A DNA stretch of 52,992 nt from Chiloscyllium plagiosum (Eukaryota), in assembly GCF_004010195.1 (NCBI RefSeq), contig NC_057718.1:91620634-91673625 (forward strand). The letters are read 5' to 3'. The notes below the pieces were generated by a model. That model was not told the DNA's origin and did not search any database. It worked only from the letters and a program-made list of their open reading frames with translations. Of this stretch, positions 27,101 to 39,114 are shown piece by piece (the first letter of the stretch is position 1; each line of letters begins with the position of its first letter). The position numbers and the translations under genes are program-made.

Positions 27101-27689
27101 GTACATGTTTGATTTAGGCACATGCACAGAGGTATCTTTCATATCTTCTCAGCGCTGTGAGGAACAGCTTTCATATTTCACATAGATTATATTGGTTGAT
27201 TGAAAGATTTCAGTCTTAAAAGTACAGGCTGATCATCTCTACAGTAATACATTTGACGATTTGTTGAAGTTACCTAACATTTTTAACTCCAAATTTTTGC
27301 ATTCTCCTGCAAAATTATGAACCTCACCAATGGCAAAATAATTCATTAACCTTTGTTTATGGAGACTCTGGTGCTTTCATAAAATTACAGACTACTAGCT
27401 GAATTTTCAGTTGTAACGAAGACAAAACTATTAAACAGTTGTCGTCACGATAGCTGTGAAAGTACATCAAATTTTGGCATTTGTTCATGTGCTTTAAAGA
27501 CAAAAACACAAACTGCTGGCAAGAATTCCTTCATTGTTGAACTTCCAAGCTGACTGAAATATTTAGAACTGTGTGACAAAATGTGAACTTCAACTTTTAT
27601 GTAATTGGCTCCAGTACAAAAGGTTGTTAGATGAAAGATTACTGGGTTTTCATGTAGCCAAAAATTTAGAATGATCTCTAAATAACCAT

Positions 27690-28350
27690 AACCATCTTCT
27701 TAAGTGCTGTGTATGATGCCAACCAGCAGGGAGCTTGCCCCAATACCCATTGACTCCAGTTTTGTTAGGGCTCCTTGATGCCATAACTCAGTTGAAAGGG
27801 GCCTCGATATCACACTTGGTCGAATGCAGCTTTGATGGCAAGGGGTGACACTCTCATCTCATCTCTGGAATTCAGCTCTTTTGTCCACGTAGCAATCAAG
27901 GCTGTAATGAGGTCAGGAGCTGAATGGCCCTGGTGGAACCCAAACTAGCTGCCACTTTACAGCACCATTAAATTATACCTTCCATCACTTTACTGATACT
28001 TGAGATTATTCTGATGGGGGTGCAATTGGCTGGGTTGGATTTGTCCTGTTTTTATGTACAGGACATACCTGGGCAATTTTCCACATAGTTGGGTCACTAA
28101 TATTGTAATTGTACTGGAAGAGCTTGGCTATGGGAGCAGTAAATTCTGAAGCATAAGTCTTCAGTACTATTGACAGTATGCTGTCAGAGCCCATAGCCTT
28201 TGCACTATCCAATACCTCCAGCTGTTTCTTGATATCATGTGAATTAAATTGAATTGGCTGAAGACTGATATCTGTGATGCTGGAGACCACTGGAGGAGCC
28301 AGAGATAGATATCCACTTGGTTCTTCTGGCTGAAGATTGCCACATGCCTG
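27690..28350 (-). mobile_element. CR1/L2-clade LINE RT fragment
   Basis: ORF 28006-28386: DIKKQLEVLDSAKAMGSDSI..LKT.A.E...P.AKLFQ..WKIAQVCPVHK. Confidence 0.85.
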
Positions 28351-28486
28351 CATGATAACTGAAAAACAAATCAAGAAGCAGTGCATTGTGTGTCTCTGTT
28401 TGCTACTCTTGAAAACTCTTCAATCTGCTTAGATGTTCCATCTGCTTGATGACATTACTGCTGCTGGGTGCCAGAGATCCTTTACA

Positions 28487-29387
28487 ACTTCAAAGCTTGT
28501 GAGAAGATTTGTAGCTCGGATGCTAGTCCTTTGGGTTGTGGCATGTCCTCGTTCCCAGCTCGACGAACAGAACCACAACAACGAGCACCCGAGCTACAAA
28601 TCTTCTCACAAACTTTGAATACCTACAGGCGAGAGACGCTAAGACAAGCCAGGAAATGGGAATCCTGTGCCAACCGCCTAAGCGCCACATACGAACAACT
28701 CCGGTTCCTGCATGAATGCCCAAAGAATCGAATCCTTCCACCATGTGTCAGATGCAGATCACCAGTCAACAACCCACAAGCCAGGGACATAGCCAGACAG
28801 AACGGATTCAGGATGATCCAGGTAATGATTACAGACGCTCACAACAGACTTCACAAATACAGACAAGAAATTGCGCCCCAAAAATCGTTACAAAGGACTA
28901 GCCACACTACCATACATCAAGAGCAATTCCAAACTGACAGCCAGACTACTGCGACCACTAGGACTCATAACAGCACACAAACCAACAGCCACTCTCAGAC
29001 AACAACTCACCAGAACGAAGGACCCGATACCCAGCATGAGCAAAACCAATGTAGTGTACAAAATCCCATGCAAGGACTGCACAAAACACTACATGGTCCA
29101 GATCGATGTGCTTCTTGATTGAATCTGTGGATGAGTGCCATTGCCTCTAGGAATTCCCTGGCTGATCCACAGACTCGATCAATAAGCACATCGACCTGGA
29201 CCCAATATACCGACCACTGCAACGGACAGCTGGAACTGACAACCGGAAGCGGCAGATTCAAACCACTACAAATGCCGGAGGAAAGATCACAGAAGCGCTT
29301 CACAGGAGGCTCCCAAGCACTGAGGATGTCACGTAGACAGGGGGCGTCTACAACACAAATTCCCAACTCGGCGAACAGAACCACAAC
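28487..29387 (+). mobile_element. Rearranged, RT-deleted Penelope-like retroelement
   Basis: N-terminal ORF (RQARKWESCANRL..LRFLHEC) joined to the linker/GIY-YIG start (TLPYIK..RLLRPLG..AHKPT..VVYKIPCKDC..Y); pseudo-LTR end gaacagaaccacaaca at both ends; TSD atcctttaca at 28477-28486 and 29388-29397. Confidence 0.92.
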
Positions 29388-29782
29388 ATCCTTTACATCT
29401 GATACATGAAACAAATTACAAACAAGAAAGGGAACGTTCATGACATAGACATTATGGACCATGGGTCTTCAAGATCAGATATAAGTGCCTTTCATTTGTA
29501 ACTGATTGATCATTTTGAGCTATAGAATTTGCCACATGAAACAGATCATTTGGCTTATGTGCTCCGCACAAGCCTCCTCCAGTTTACTTTATCTAATTCT
29601 ATCAGCATATCTCTTCAAATTTTTCATTAAAGCATAAATTTTAATTAAATATTGTCAATAAAATAGAATAGGTTAACAGAGTTCATCCAATATTTTAACG
29701 TTCTTTGATGTTGAGGAGAGTAGCATACATAGATTCTGAGTATACTGTTGAATAGCAGAAGTATGAAAAGACAGCACATGCA

Positions 29783-29904
29783 GAGGTGAAAGTGGGTACT
29801 GTAGATGCTGGAGATGAGAGTGGTGCTGGAAAACCACAGCAGGTCAGGCAGCATCAGAGGAGCAGGATAATTTACCTTTTGGGCAAAAACCCTTCATCAG
29901 GAAT
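29783..29904 (-). mobile_element. PLE-derived short repeat with a decayed hammerhead
   Basis: Minus strand auuc-CUGAUGA-A-GGGU-uuuu-GCCC-AAAA-GG-UA, then gatgctgcctgacctgctgtg..ttccagca as at 19707-19797; GAAA box mutated. Confidence 0.75.
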
Positions 29905-30501
29905 GAGTACTTGCAGAGGGCAGAGTTTTAGAAAGGGAGCATCACTAATCTTGAAAAGTAAACGCTGAAGGAGATACATCCCCTTCCCATCTCAAGCTGG
30001 GTCCTTCCAAGCTTTGACCTCCTTCCCCTATTCCTAAACTCCCCAGTGTGCCTTAACATGTAGATTGGATGGGGACTGGCCATTAAGTGGTCATCAAATG
30101 CTCTCTTCAGAGTCTCAATTGGGCAATGGCAGGCAGGTTTGCCCAAGCCCTTGCTTATCATTGACCACTTATTTTATGGGCCATCTCCAGGTTATTAAAA
30201 ACTTGCTGCTGAGAAATATCAGATCTTTTAAAGACTCCAGTTGGGATTAATATTTACTGAAAAAAAAACACCGTGTACTTGAAAACTGAAGTTAACTATA
30301 TGCAGCAAGATGGCTCTCACGTGAGAAAAGAGGTGAGACAGGTCTGGTATCTTTGTACTGAATGGCCAAGTTTATTTTCACAGGCCATATGGTCATCTTC
30401 TGCTCCTGTCTCCAATATTCTTATGAAAGATAGTTTAAATGCAGTTATATAACAACCTCGAGGTTAGATGTTATCATGCTAGTAAAACCTGCGGGATTTT
30501 T

Positions 30502-30811
30502 TTAGATTAGATTCCCTACAATGTGGAAACAGGCCCTTTGGCCCAACCAGTACACACCGACCCTCTGAAGAGTAACCCACCCAGACCCATTTCCCTCTGA
30601 CTAATCCCCCTAACACTATGGGCAATTTAGCATGGCCAATCCAGCTAACCTGTACATCTTTGGAATGTGGGAGGAAACCGGAGTACCCGGGGGAAACCCA
30701 CGCCGACACAGGGAGAATGTGCAAACTCCACACAGATGGTCACCCGAGGCTGGAATCGAACCTGCGACCCTGGTGCTATGAGGCAGCAGTGCTAACCACG
30801 GAGCCACCCCC
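30502..30811 (-). mobile_element. HE1-type (V-SINE) tRNA-derived SINE
   Basis: A/B-box head (gtggttagcactgctgcctca...ggttcgattcc), V-domain tgtggagtttgcacattctccc, CR1-like tail ending (AATCT)n. Confidence 0.92.
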
Positions 30812-33225
30812 ACTTGTCTGACTATAGAAACCATAAAGCAAAGAGGAAATGTGATCAATGTTCAGAAAACATAATTAAATAATTTACTTATTAATTGGCA
30901 GAGGTACACAAAGTCATGGTGAACATGAGATGATCAGATACAATTTTGTCTGGTTTTGGTTTGACTATGGGTTCCCATATTTAAACTTCCAAGCAACCAA
31001 TTGGTAGCCCTTGCATTATGTTCATGAAGAGCTACACTGAGTGAGGAGCCAGAATTAGCCTTCAACCATGAATAACTGATTTGTTCAGTTGTGAGAGGCT
31101 GGTAACTCCTTCTAAACTTACCCTGATATATTATTCAAATCTAAGAAGTCCCAGCTACATTTGGGGTGGACTTAATTCATTAGGCAAGTCACCTTCAGTG
31201 TTCTGTAACTTTATGAGGAGATTATATTTATTCTCATGTACAAATTACAAATGTAAATCCATTTATCTTTTGTTAAGATACCTTTCTTGTCGGACTCAAC
31301 TGCCATAGAAGATACTTTAAGGATAATGCTACCAATGTAAGGACAATGGTGTTAAGACAAAGGACAGAACCAATTAGGTCATTAAATAGGGCGGAGTTGG
31401 GAATGGATACTCAATGCATCAGAAGTCCCAGTTCTTCAGCCTCACGAACACCTATAGTACTGGTGGCTGGCATACAAGTAAAATAAACTGTATACAGTAG
31501 GGCACCCAGCCCATCAAAAGAGTTCTGGACCAAGACAAATGCAGAAGAGTGTAGAACACATTCTTAAAATCACTATTGCCTGCTACCACAATGAACAGGA
31601 AGTTGGCATTATTATCTTATCAGTGTGTGCCTGGAACAGACTGTGACACCCAATTCCACCCAAGGTACATTCACAGTGCCACTAACATGATTGTTGTGTG
31701 GCTGGTACAGGAGACTAGCATCCAACACCAGGAAGGGAACCACATAGTGACATCATCGTTGTATGCCTGTGGAATGTTAACTCACCACACCTTCTTGCTG
31801 TTTTGCTCATGCACTGCCTCATCACTTTGCAGGGCATTGAAGGGAGAGAGACAGTAAGGCATTAAGAGTGGGATGGCTAATTAGGCAGCAACAGGGGTGC
31901 AGAGCAAATCGAATACCAAGGTTTTTAATTGTCGTGGTAGGGTTCGATATTCTGTGAAAAATGCAATCCTTGACAATGGTATTAGGCTGTCAGTGATATG
32001 TTTGAAAGAAAAACATATTTATTTGTGCTCATTGTTGCTCAATATTTTGAATGGTTTTATTCTTTCATGTAGGTAACCATCTGCAGTGCATTAGCAGTGA
32101 CAACAGGCATTGCAACTGCATGTGTGGTGTGTGTGCCCCCTGCAGTTGCGGTGACAGCAAATACGGCCTTTTTAAATTGGGTTCTCCACACCAGTTTTTC
32201 AGGGATTCTGTCCAGTAACAAACAGTATCCCTTGGATCTGGAAACTTGCATGGGCAGTTTCCTCCTAGTACGTGCATCTGCTGACCTCAGTGAAACTAGA
32301 AGCATCCTCCTCGCCCTACATTTATAAACAGAGACCATTCTAGGATTGCAGCATATACAACACCTTTTTGTTTTAGCTTCAGACACTTCCCTACCACAAA
32401 GTCAGTACAAATAATACTGGAGTTGTACTGCAGGAATTATTACGGGATTTATTTCAGTAAACTATTTGATCGGTTATTTCAGTCAACATCTGATTAATGA
32501 ACCATCTTAAAGAAACGGACGAGAGGTACTTGTGCTAGCACACTTGTTGTTTATGCAGTAAATATAGTTCACCAAATAGTATCAAATGATGATCTTGATC
32601 TCTTTTAAAAAGAATCCAAATTGCAAAGCCAATAAGCAGGTCTAGAAATTTGTGAGCATTGCAAATATTACATCAGTATGAAATATAAACCACAATGATA
32701 ATGCTTGTGCATCTCTTGCTAAGTGCCGATAAGAAAACAATGGATAATTTTATTTCTTTTCCTCTTGAGATTCAGAGACAGTTTGTATAAATCACCACCT
32801 AACCCATTCCAAAATTAACCTGGGAATTTAACTGATAGCCCCTATATCATGACATCTTAATATTTTGCTTGGTACCTTTCCTGCTGGTGTACTACACTAC
32901 CTAATATCTTGATCTCACGTGATGTCTGGTATGCTAATACCATTCACTTCATATCACAGGTTATTGTCCTTCATTTTGTATTCGTCAATACAAACACACA
33001 CGCACACACTCCAAAGACAAAACTGCTTGAATCTATCCTAATGTCTGTATTTGGTTCACTTGCTCCCCTAGTTTTATACAGCTGTGCTTTTATTGCCAAT
33101 TATTAATTATTTCTATACAAGAAATGAAACAATGGTCCCGGTACTGACAATTCTGTCTTGCTGTTACAGCTCCAAGTGGTATAAGAGTTTAAGTAGTACA
33201 GAGATGTGACAGAAAAATAAACCTT

Positions 33226-33545
33226 TAGATTAGATTAGATTACTTACAGTGTGGAAACAGGCCCTTCGGCCCAACAAGTCCACACCGACCCGCCGAAGCG
33301 CAACCCACCCAGACCATTCCCCTACATTTACCCCTTCACCTAACACTATGGGCAATTTAGCATGGCCAATTCACCTAATCTGCACATTTTTGGACTGTGG
33401 GAGGAAACCAGAGCACCGAGGAAACCCACGCAGACACAGAGAGAATGTGCAAACTCCACACAGTCAGTCGCCTGAGGCCGGAATTGAACCCAGGTCTCTG
33501 GTGCTGTGAGGCAGCAGTGCTAACCACTGTGCCACCGTGCCGCCC
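33226..33545 (-). mobile_element. HE1-type (V-SINE) tRNA-derived SINE
   Basis: Full-length copy: gggcggcacggtggcacagtggttagc head through (AATCT)n tail. Confidence 0.93.
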
Positions 33546-33549
33546 ACAA

Positions 33550-33730
33550 ATTGGAGGAGACTGATACAATTATAACATTTAAAAAGCATCTGGATGGGTA
33601 TGTGAATAAGATGGGTTTAGAGGGAAAGGGGCCAAATACTGGCAAATAGGATTAGATTTATGTGGGATATCTGGTCAGCATGGACAAGTTGAACCGGTCT
33701 GTTTCCATGCTGTACATCTCTATGACTCTA
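33550..33730 (+). mobile_element. CR1 3' fragment
   Basis: tacaattataacatttaaaaagcatctggatgggtat...ctgtacatctctatgactcta. Confidence 0.85.
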
Positions 33731-34180
33731 TTTCGCTCTTTCTTCCTTCAAAATTTAGTCACCATTGATATGTAATAAGTTCAGGTCAAATCAGTTAGAA
33801 ACTGAGGGAGAATTCCTCCCTCCCTGATATGGTATGGGCAACTTCAAGAAAGATGTGAAAATGCAGCAACAGCAAACAAAAACATCAGAATTGCAATGTG
33901 GAGGATAGAGTAACCTTCTTGGTCTTGTACAATTTTGGTTTCGATGATTAACTATAAAAATAAATAGCATGATACTGTGAGGTATTAACCTTTTAACTTG
34001 AGCAAATGATCTTTAATTGATTCTGGACATTTGTTTTAGAATTTGAATATTTAGCTTCTTTTTGTGCTGTAATCATTCTATGATTTGAGAAAGGCAAAAC
34101 TACAAACGTATAAAGTTGTGACTATTTTAAAACAGCAGAGTGTTGTTGTGGTTCTGTTCGCCGAGCTGGGAATTTGTGTT

Positions 34181-34220
34181 GCAGACGTTTCGTCCCCTGT
34201 CTACGTGACATCCTCAGTGC
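34181..34220 (-). ncRNA. Minimal hammerhead ribozyme in the Penelope pseudo-LTR, intact core
   Basis: GCA-CUGAGGA-U-GUC-acguagacaggg-GAC-GAAA-CG-UC-UGC. Confidence 0.75.
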
Positions 34221-34469
34221 TTGGGAGCCTCCTGTGAAGCGCTTCTGTGATGTTTCCTCCGGCATTTATAGTGATTTGTATCTGCCGCTTCCGGTTATCA
34301 GTTCCAGCTGTCCGCTGCAGTGGTCGGTATATTGGGTCCAGGTCGATGTGCTTATTGATTGAATCTGTGGATGAGTGCCATGCCTCTAGGAATTCCCTGG
34401 TTGTTCTCTGTTTGGCTTGTCCTATAATAGTAGTGTTGTCCCAGTCAAATTCATGTTGCTTGTCATCTG

Positions 34470-34720
34470 NNNNNNNNNNNNNNNNNNNNNNNNNNNNNNN
34501 NNNNNNNNNNNNNNNNNNNNNNNNNNNNNNNNNNNNNNNNNNNNNNNNNNNNNNNNNNNNNNNNNNNNNNNNNNNNNNNNNNNNNNNNNNNNNNNNNNNN
34601 NNNNNNNNNNNNNNNNNNNNNNNNNNNNNNNNNNNNNNNNNNNNNNNNNNNNNNNNNNNNNNNNNNNNNNNNNNNNNNNNNNNNNNNNNNNNNNNNNNNN
34701 NNNNNNNNNNNNNNNNNNNT
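34470..34720. other. Assembly gap (251 N)
   Basis: Run of N. Confidence 1.
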
Positions 34721-35849
34721 TCTTCTTCCTCTTTTTGCAGTTCTGGTGTACTGCAGTGCGTTGTGGCCCTTTTGAACAGTGTCTTGATGCAACTTCTTGT
34801 GTTTGTGTTGGGATGGTTGCTTTTGTAGTTCAGGACTTGGTCTGTGTGTGTGGCTTTCCTGTATACCTTTGTGGTGAATTCTCGGTTCGGTGTTCTCTGT
34901 ACCATCAAGTCTAGGAATGGATAGTTTCTAAAATAAAGTATTTCTTGAATACAATTAGACACTGAAGAACGTCAACATATTCATATATGATCGTTGCATG
35001 GAAACAATCATTTTAACTGAACCACTGTATTCCCTTCGAACACCAAATTTCAATGCTGTTTTCCAATATGGAAATTGTATTTATTTAAATTTAAATACTT
35101 AACTTAAAGTATTTCTTGAATACAGTTACCAGAAATAAAAATGCTTGAGACGCAAATGGTAAATTTAAATAAATACAAGTTCCCATTATTGGAAAACAGC
35201 ATTGAAATTTGGTGTTCGAAAAGAATACAGTGGTTCAGTTAAAATTATTGTTTCCATGCAATGTTCATATATGAATATGTTAATGTTCTTCAGTGTCTAA
35301 TTGTATTCAAGAAATACTTTATTTTTAGTACATAAATATCAGGAAATGTAGATCAGGTTTTGAACTTTTGTGTAAATTAATTTAGTTCATTGATTAAATG
35401 TCTGTTTTACAAAAAAGTCAAATTATATTTGCATTGAATGCTCTCTGCAGGTTTAAAATAGCCACAACTTTATAAGTTTGTAGTTTTGCCTTTCTCAAAT
35501 CATAGAATGATTACAGCACAAAAGGAAGCTAAATATTCAAATTCTAAAAAAAATGTCCGGAATCAATTCAAGATCATTTGCTCAAGTTAAAAGGTTAATA
35601 CCTCACAGTATCATGCTATGTATTTTTATAGTTAATCTTCAAAACCAAAATGGTACAAGACCAAGAAGGTTACTCTATCCCTCAAAGGTTCATTTTTCTG
35701 TCATATCTCTGTACTACTCAAACTCTATATCACTTGGAGCTGGAGCAGCAATATAGAATAATTTGAATGTTGCATCTCTTTATGCTGATAGGACAGATCA
35801 TCTCTCAAGCTTTGATTTTACACAGTCTAACCTTTAGATGGAGGATACC

Positions 35850-36760
35850 ATCCATCCTATTATGTCGCATCACTACCGTATTTAGTAGCAGAGATCTCAC
35901 AAATATAAATAGGAGAGTAACTTGAGTATTGAGTTTACAAAACCATATGGATAATTTCAATGGACAAATTTTGGCAGATGGAGAATGACATGAAAATGTG
36001 AAGTTGCTCATTTGACAAGAACAACAGAAAAATCACCTTTTAATTTGGATTACAGATTCCCTTAAGTACAGAGACACCTGGGTGTCTTAGTACACGAATC
36101 TCAAAAAGTTAGCATGCTGTTTTGGAAGTGATTAGGAAGGTGCGTGGAAGTTAAATATAAGGATGTTTTGCTACCGTTGTACAAGGCATTAGTGAGACTA
36201 CCTCTGGAGTATTGTGCAGTATTTTGGCCTTTTTTTTAAAAAAAGAAAGGGCATGCATGAAATAGGAACATTTTAGAGAAGGTTCACTGAAGTGATTCCT
36301 TGGTTGGGGAGAGGTCTATCTTTTGAGGAAAGGTAGGAGCAGCTTGATATTTATCAAATGGAGATCAGAAGCATAATAAGTGACTTTGTTAAGACATACA
36401 GGATTCCGAGAGGACTTGACAGGGTGGGTGCTGAAAAGATATTTTCCCTTGTGGGAGATACTATAGCTAGGGGGATACAGTCGAAAAGCAAGGGATTTTC
36501 CACACAAGATAGAGAGGAGGAGAAATTCTCCCATTCAAAGGGCTGTACACCTTCCTCAGGGAGTGAGAAAGCAGCGTCATTCAATATTTTAAGGCAGAAG
36601 GAGATAGATTTTTGTCTAACAAGGAAGTCAAAGGTCATCAAAAATATGGCAGCGATGCAAAGTTGAGCTCACAATCAGATCACATCCTAATGAATGTCAG
36701 CGCAGATTCAAAATGTCTAATGACTCACTGCTACTCTTACTCTGAATTCATATGTTTATA
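35850..36760 (+). mobile_element. Decayed CR1 LINE 3' portion
   Basis: gagacacctgggtgtcttagtacac, ctggagtattgtgcagt, YRIPRGLDRV, degenerate 3' tail. Confidence 0.8.
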
Positions 36761-37174
36761 GATTTAGAATGGATCCAGCAGTTCAAAACTGGGATCTGAG
36801 GCCAAATGGGCCATTTTTGTACCATGATCTGTAGTTTAAATTCTATGTATACAAGAATTAAATATGTAATATTTGTTGTAATTAGAGAATTGCTCAAAAG
36901 CATGTCAAAAACCACCATTACAGGCAACAGAAAGTTAATGAGAGATTAATGGTATCACTTGGAAGAACTGACCGCAGAGTACTTGTACAATAAAATATAT
37001 TTACATGCTTTATTTTTATGGTGCATCACTGAAAATCTGTTTGCCACAGTGTAAGAGATGCAAAGTCCAAGAGTTCAAATTGTCATTAATTTTAACCATG
37101 TATTTTATTATTAGGGGATTCGAACCAAATAACAGAAAGAAAGAGTAAATTAAGCAAACGTAAGACAAATACTT

Positions 37175-37531
37175 GGGCGGGCACGATGGCTCAGTTGTTA
37201 GCAATACTGCCTCTCAGTACCAGGGACTCAGGTTTGATTCCAGCTTTGGGTGAAGCTTGTGTGGAGTTTGCATGTTCTCCCTGTGTCAGTGTGGGTTTCC
37301 ACCTGGTTCTTTGCTTCTCCCACAGTCCAAAAATGTGCAGGTTCGGTGGATTGGTCATACTAAAAAAAATGCCCAGAGTGTTCAGGGCTGTGTCGGCTAG
37401 GTGGATTAGCCACAGTAAATGTGGGGTTATGGGATGTGGTAGGAGGCTGGGTCTTGGTGTGACGCTCTTCGGAGGATCAGTGTGGACTTGATGAGCTGAA
37501 TGGCCTCCTTCTGCATTGTACGAATTCTATG
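37175..37531 (+). mobile_element. Older HE1-type (V-SINE) SINE
   Basis: Head gggcacgatggctcagttgttagc, V-domain tgtgtggagtttgcatgttctccc, tail tggcctccttctgcattgta..attctatg. Confidence 0.85.
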
Positions 37532-38944
37532 TACATTAGAAGTATATAATGCTAGGTGAGACTTTATTGTTAAACACAGATGATTTCTATTTAATAAAGA
37601 TAGATCTCAAAACAAAAATATACTGTATATGCAAGATCAAACTTTAACAGATCAATATAAAATAATTATTATGATCATTTAAATGCTGGTCAAAATATAT
37701 GGAAATATTCTGTCGTAGGATCACGGTTTTTCTGATAATTGATCAAAATTCTGGTTCTAGTTGGGGTTGCCCATAGAGAGAGAGTATGTTTGTGTGTGTA
37801 TCTGTGTTTGGGGAGGGTGGGGGTGGGGGGAGGTGGGAGGAGTAGATAGAATAAGTAGCATATTAATGAAGTAACATTACTGAAGTCAAAACACATGCTT
37901 CTCGAAAGGAGCAGAAGGATCTGTCGACTTGCACTACGGCAATTTGAAAAAATCTAAAGCTTAAACAACACTAATTGGACAGTAGTTGCAATATTTTATC
38001 AAAAATAAAACTTCAATGTCTGGGATTCTTCTGGCCTTTCCTGAGTTAGTCAAATACAAGTGTCTAATGCTACTCTGAAGATGCAACCTGGAGAATCTAT
38101 AATTAGTTAAGAATGACCTGAAAGGCAATGCTTAACAAAGCAGGCAGAAAATGAAAAAAGGTCTGCTTTCAGACAACACAGGGAGTCAGATGAAAAGATG
38201 TATGAACAGCTTTAACAGTCAGACAAGATGCTAAGAAAGCAGGCAGAAGTTCACTGGCAGCTAAACCAGGAGTCAAAAATATTTGAATTCAGAGGTAAAA
38301 ATGAGGAACGCCTACAAGTTTGAACTATTAGCAGTTATTTTAATCTTCAACTTTTTGAAAAATGTCAATGATCATACTTCATGTTTTCATATATTGTCAA
38401 TCTCCAAAAAATTGAACTTCTAGTGATTAGAAACAAAAATTATCTTTTATATCGTTGCATTCCTGCTTATTGATTCATTTTTGAATCAATTTCTCTAGTA
38501 AATCATTTCATATTTCCAGATGACAATTAATTTAAGTTACTTATGGTTAAACATTTAGCTTCTATCATCAGAATCAGTTCAGTTCATTTCTCTGCTTTAT
38601 CTCTCTTAGGAATTTTCAACACTTGTTTACTTTCATTCTCTTGAACTCCTGTGATTCCTCTCATTATCCACCTTTTTCATTTATTTATTTATCCAAATCA
38701 TATTCTTAAAAAGTGATTAGCTTTACTTTTCATGTTGCATTATTGAATTCATTTATGTTTCTCCATTTTGAAAGGAGATTCTGAAAATAATTGCATTTTA
38801 TTTAATAGTTATTTGGTTATATAAGGCAGTATTTCATTTTTTGTTTCCAAGTTGCTTCAAAGCCTCAGCATTCCAGCTAACTGATTGGAAAGCAATAGTA
38901 TTAGACATTTTAGTACTTATGCCAGTCAAAAGCAATGAAATCAA

Positions 38945-39110
38945 GAGTAAACTTTGTCCCAGAGAGCTGTGGAAGCTCAAACATCGAGCATGTTCAAGAT
39001 AGAAATCAACAGGTTTCTAGAGATCAATGACACTAACTCTGGTTCCCTCACCTCAGATGCGGCCAAACTTGCTTAGTTTTTCCAGCACGTTTATATTCAT
39101 GTTTTTGCTT
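38945..39110 (+). mobile_element. Short CR1 fragment followed by a decayed PLE-derived repeat piece
   Basis: cccagagagctgtggaagctc..ttcaagatagaaatc, then cagatgcggccaaacttgcttagtttttccagca. Confidence 0.5.
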
Positions 39111-39114
39111 TCAT

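Larger units (their letters stand above)
34141..34927 (-). mobile_element. 5'-truncated Penelope-like retroelement spanning an assembly gap
   Basis: RT C-terminus PFLDLMV..FTTKVYRKATHTDQVLNY.SNHP..TLFKRA and GIY-YIG C-terminus HEFDWDNTTII...REFLEAWHS; same family as 28487-29387. Confidence 0.92.
33150..35759. repeat. Large interrupted inverted repeat (foldback)
   Basis: 33150-33226 pairs with 35684-35759, 33901-34140 with 35443-35683, and 34928-35093 with 35160-35328; central spacer 35094-35159. Confidence 0.93.

Noticed and set aside
29918..30180. Possible non-autonomous DNA transposon beginning gggcagagtttt
   Set aside because: Could not identify a matching terminal inverted repeat or TSD
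33480..33545. tRNA genes at SINE heads (also about 30750-30811 and 37175-37245)
   Set aside because: tRNA-derived SINE heads continuing into V-domain bodies; no complete cloverleaf
34201..34962. Long ORFs of 109-253 aa on both strands
   Set aside because: Inflated by the 251-N gap; the real parts are Penelope RT/GIY-YIG
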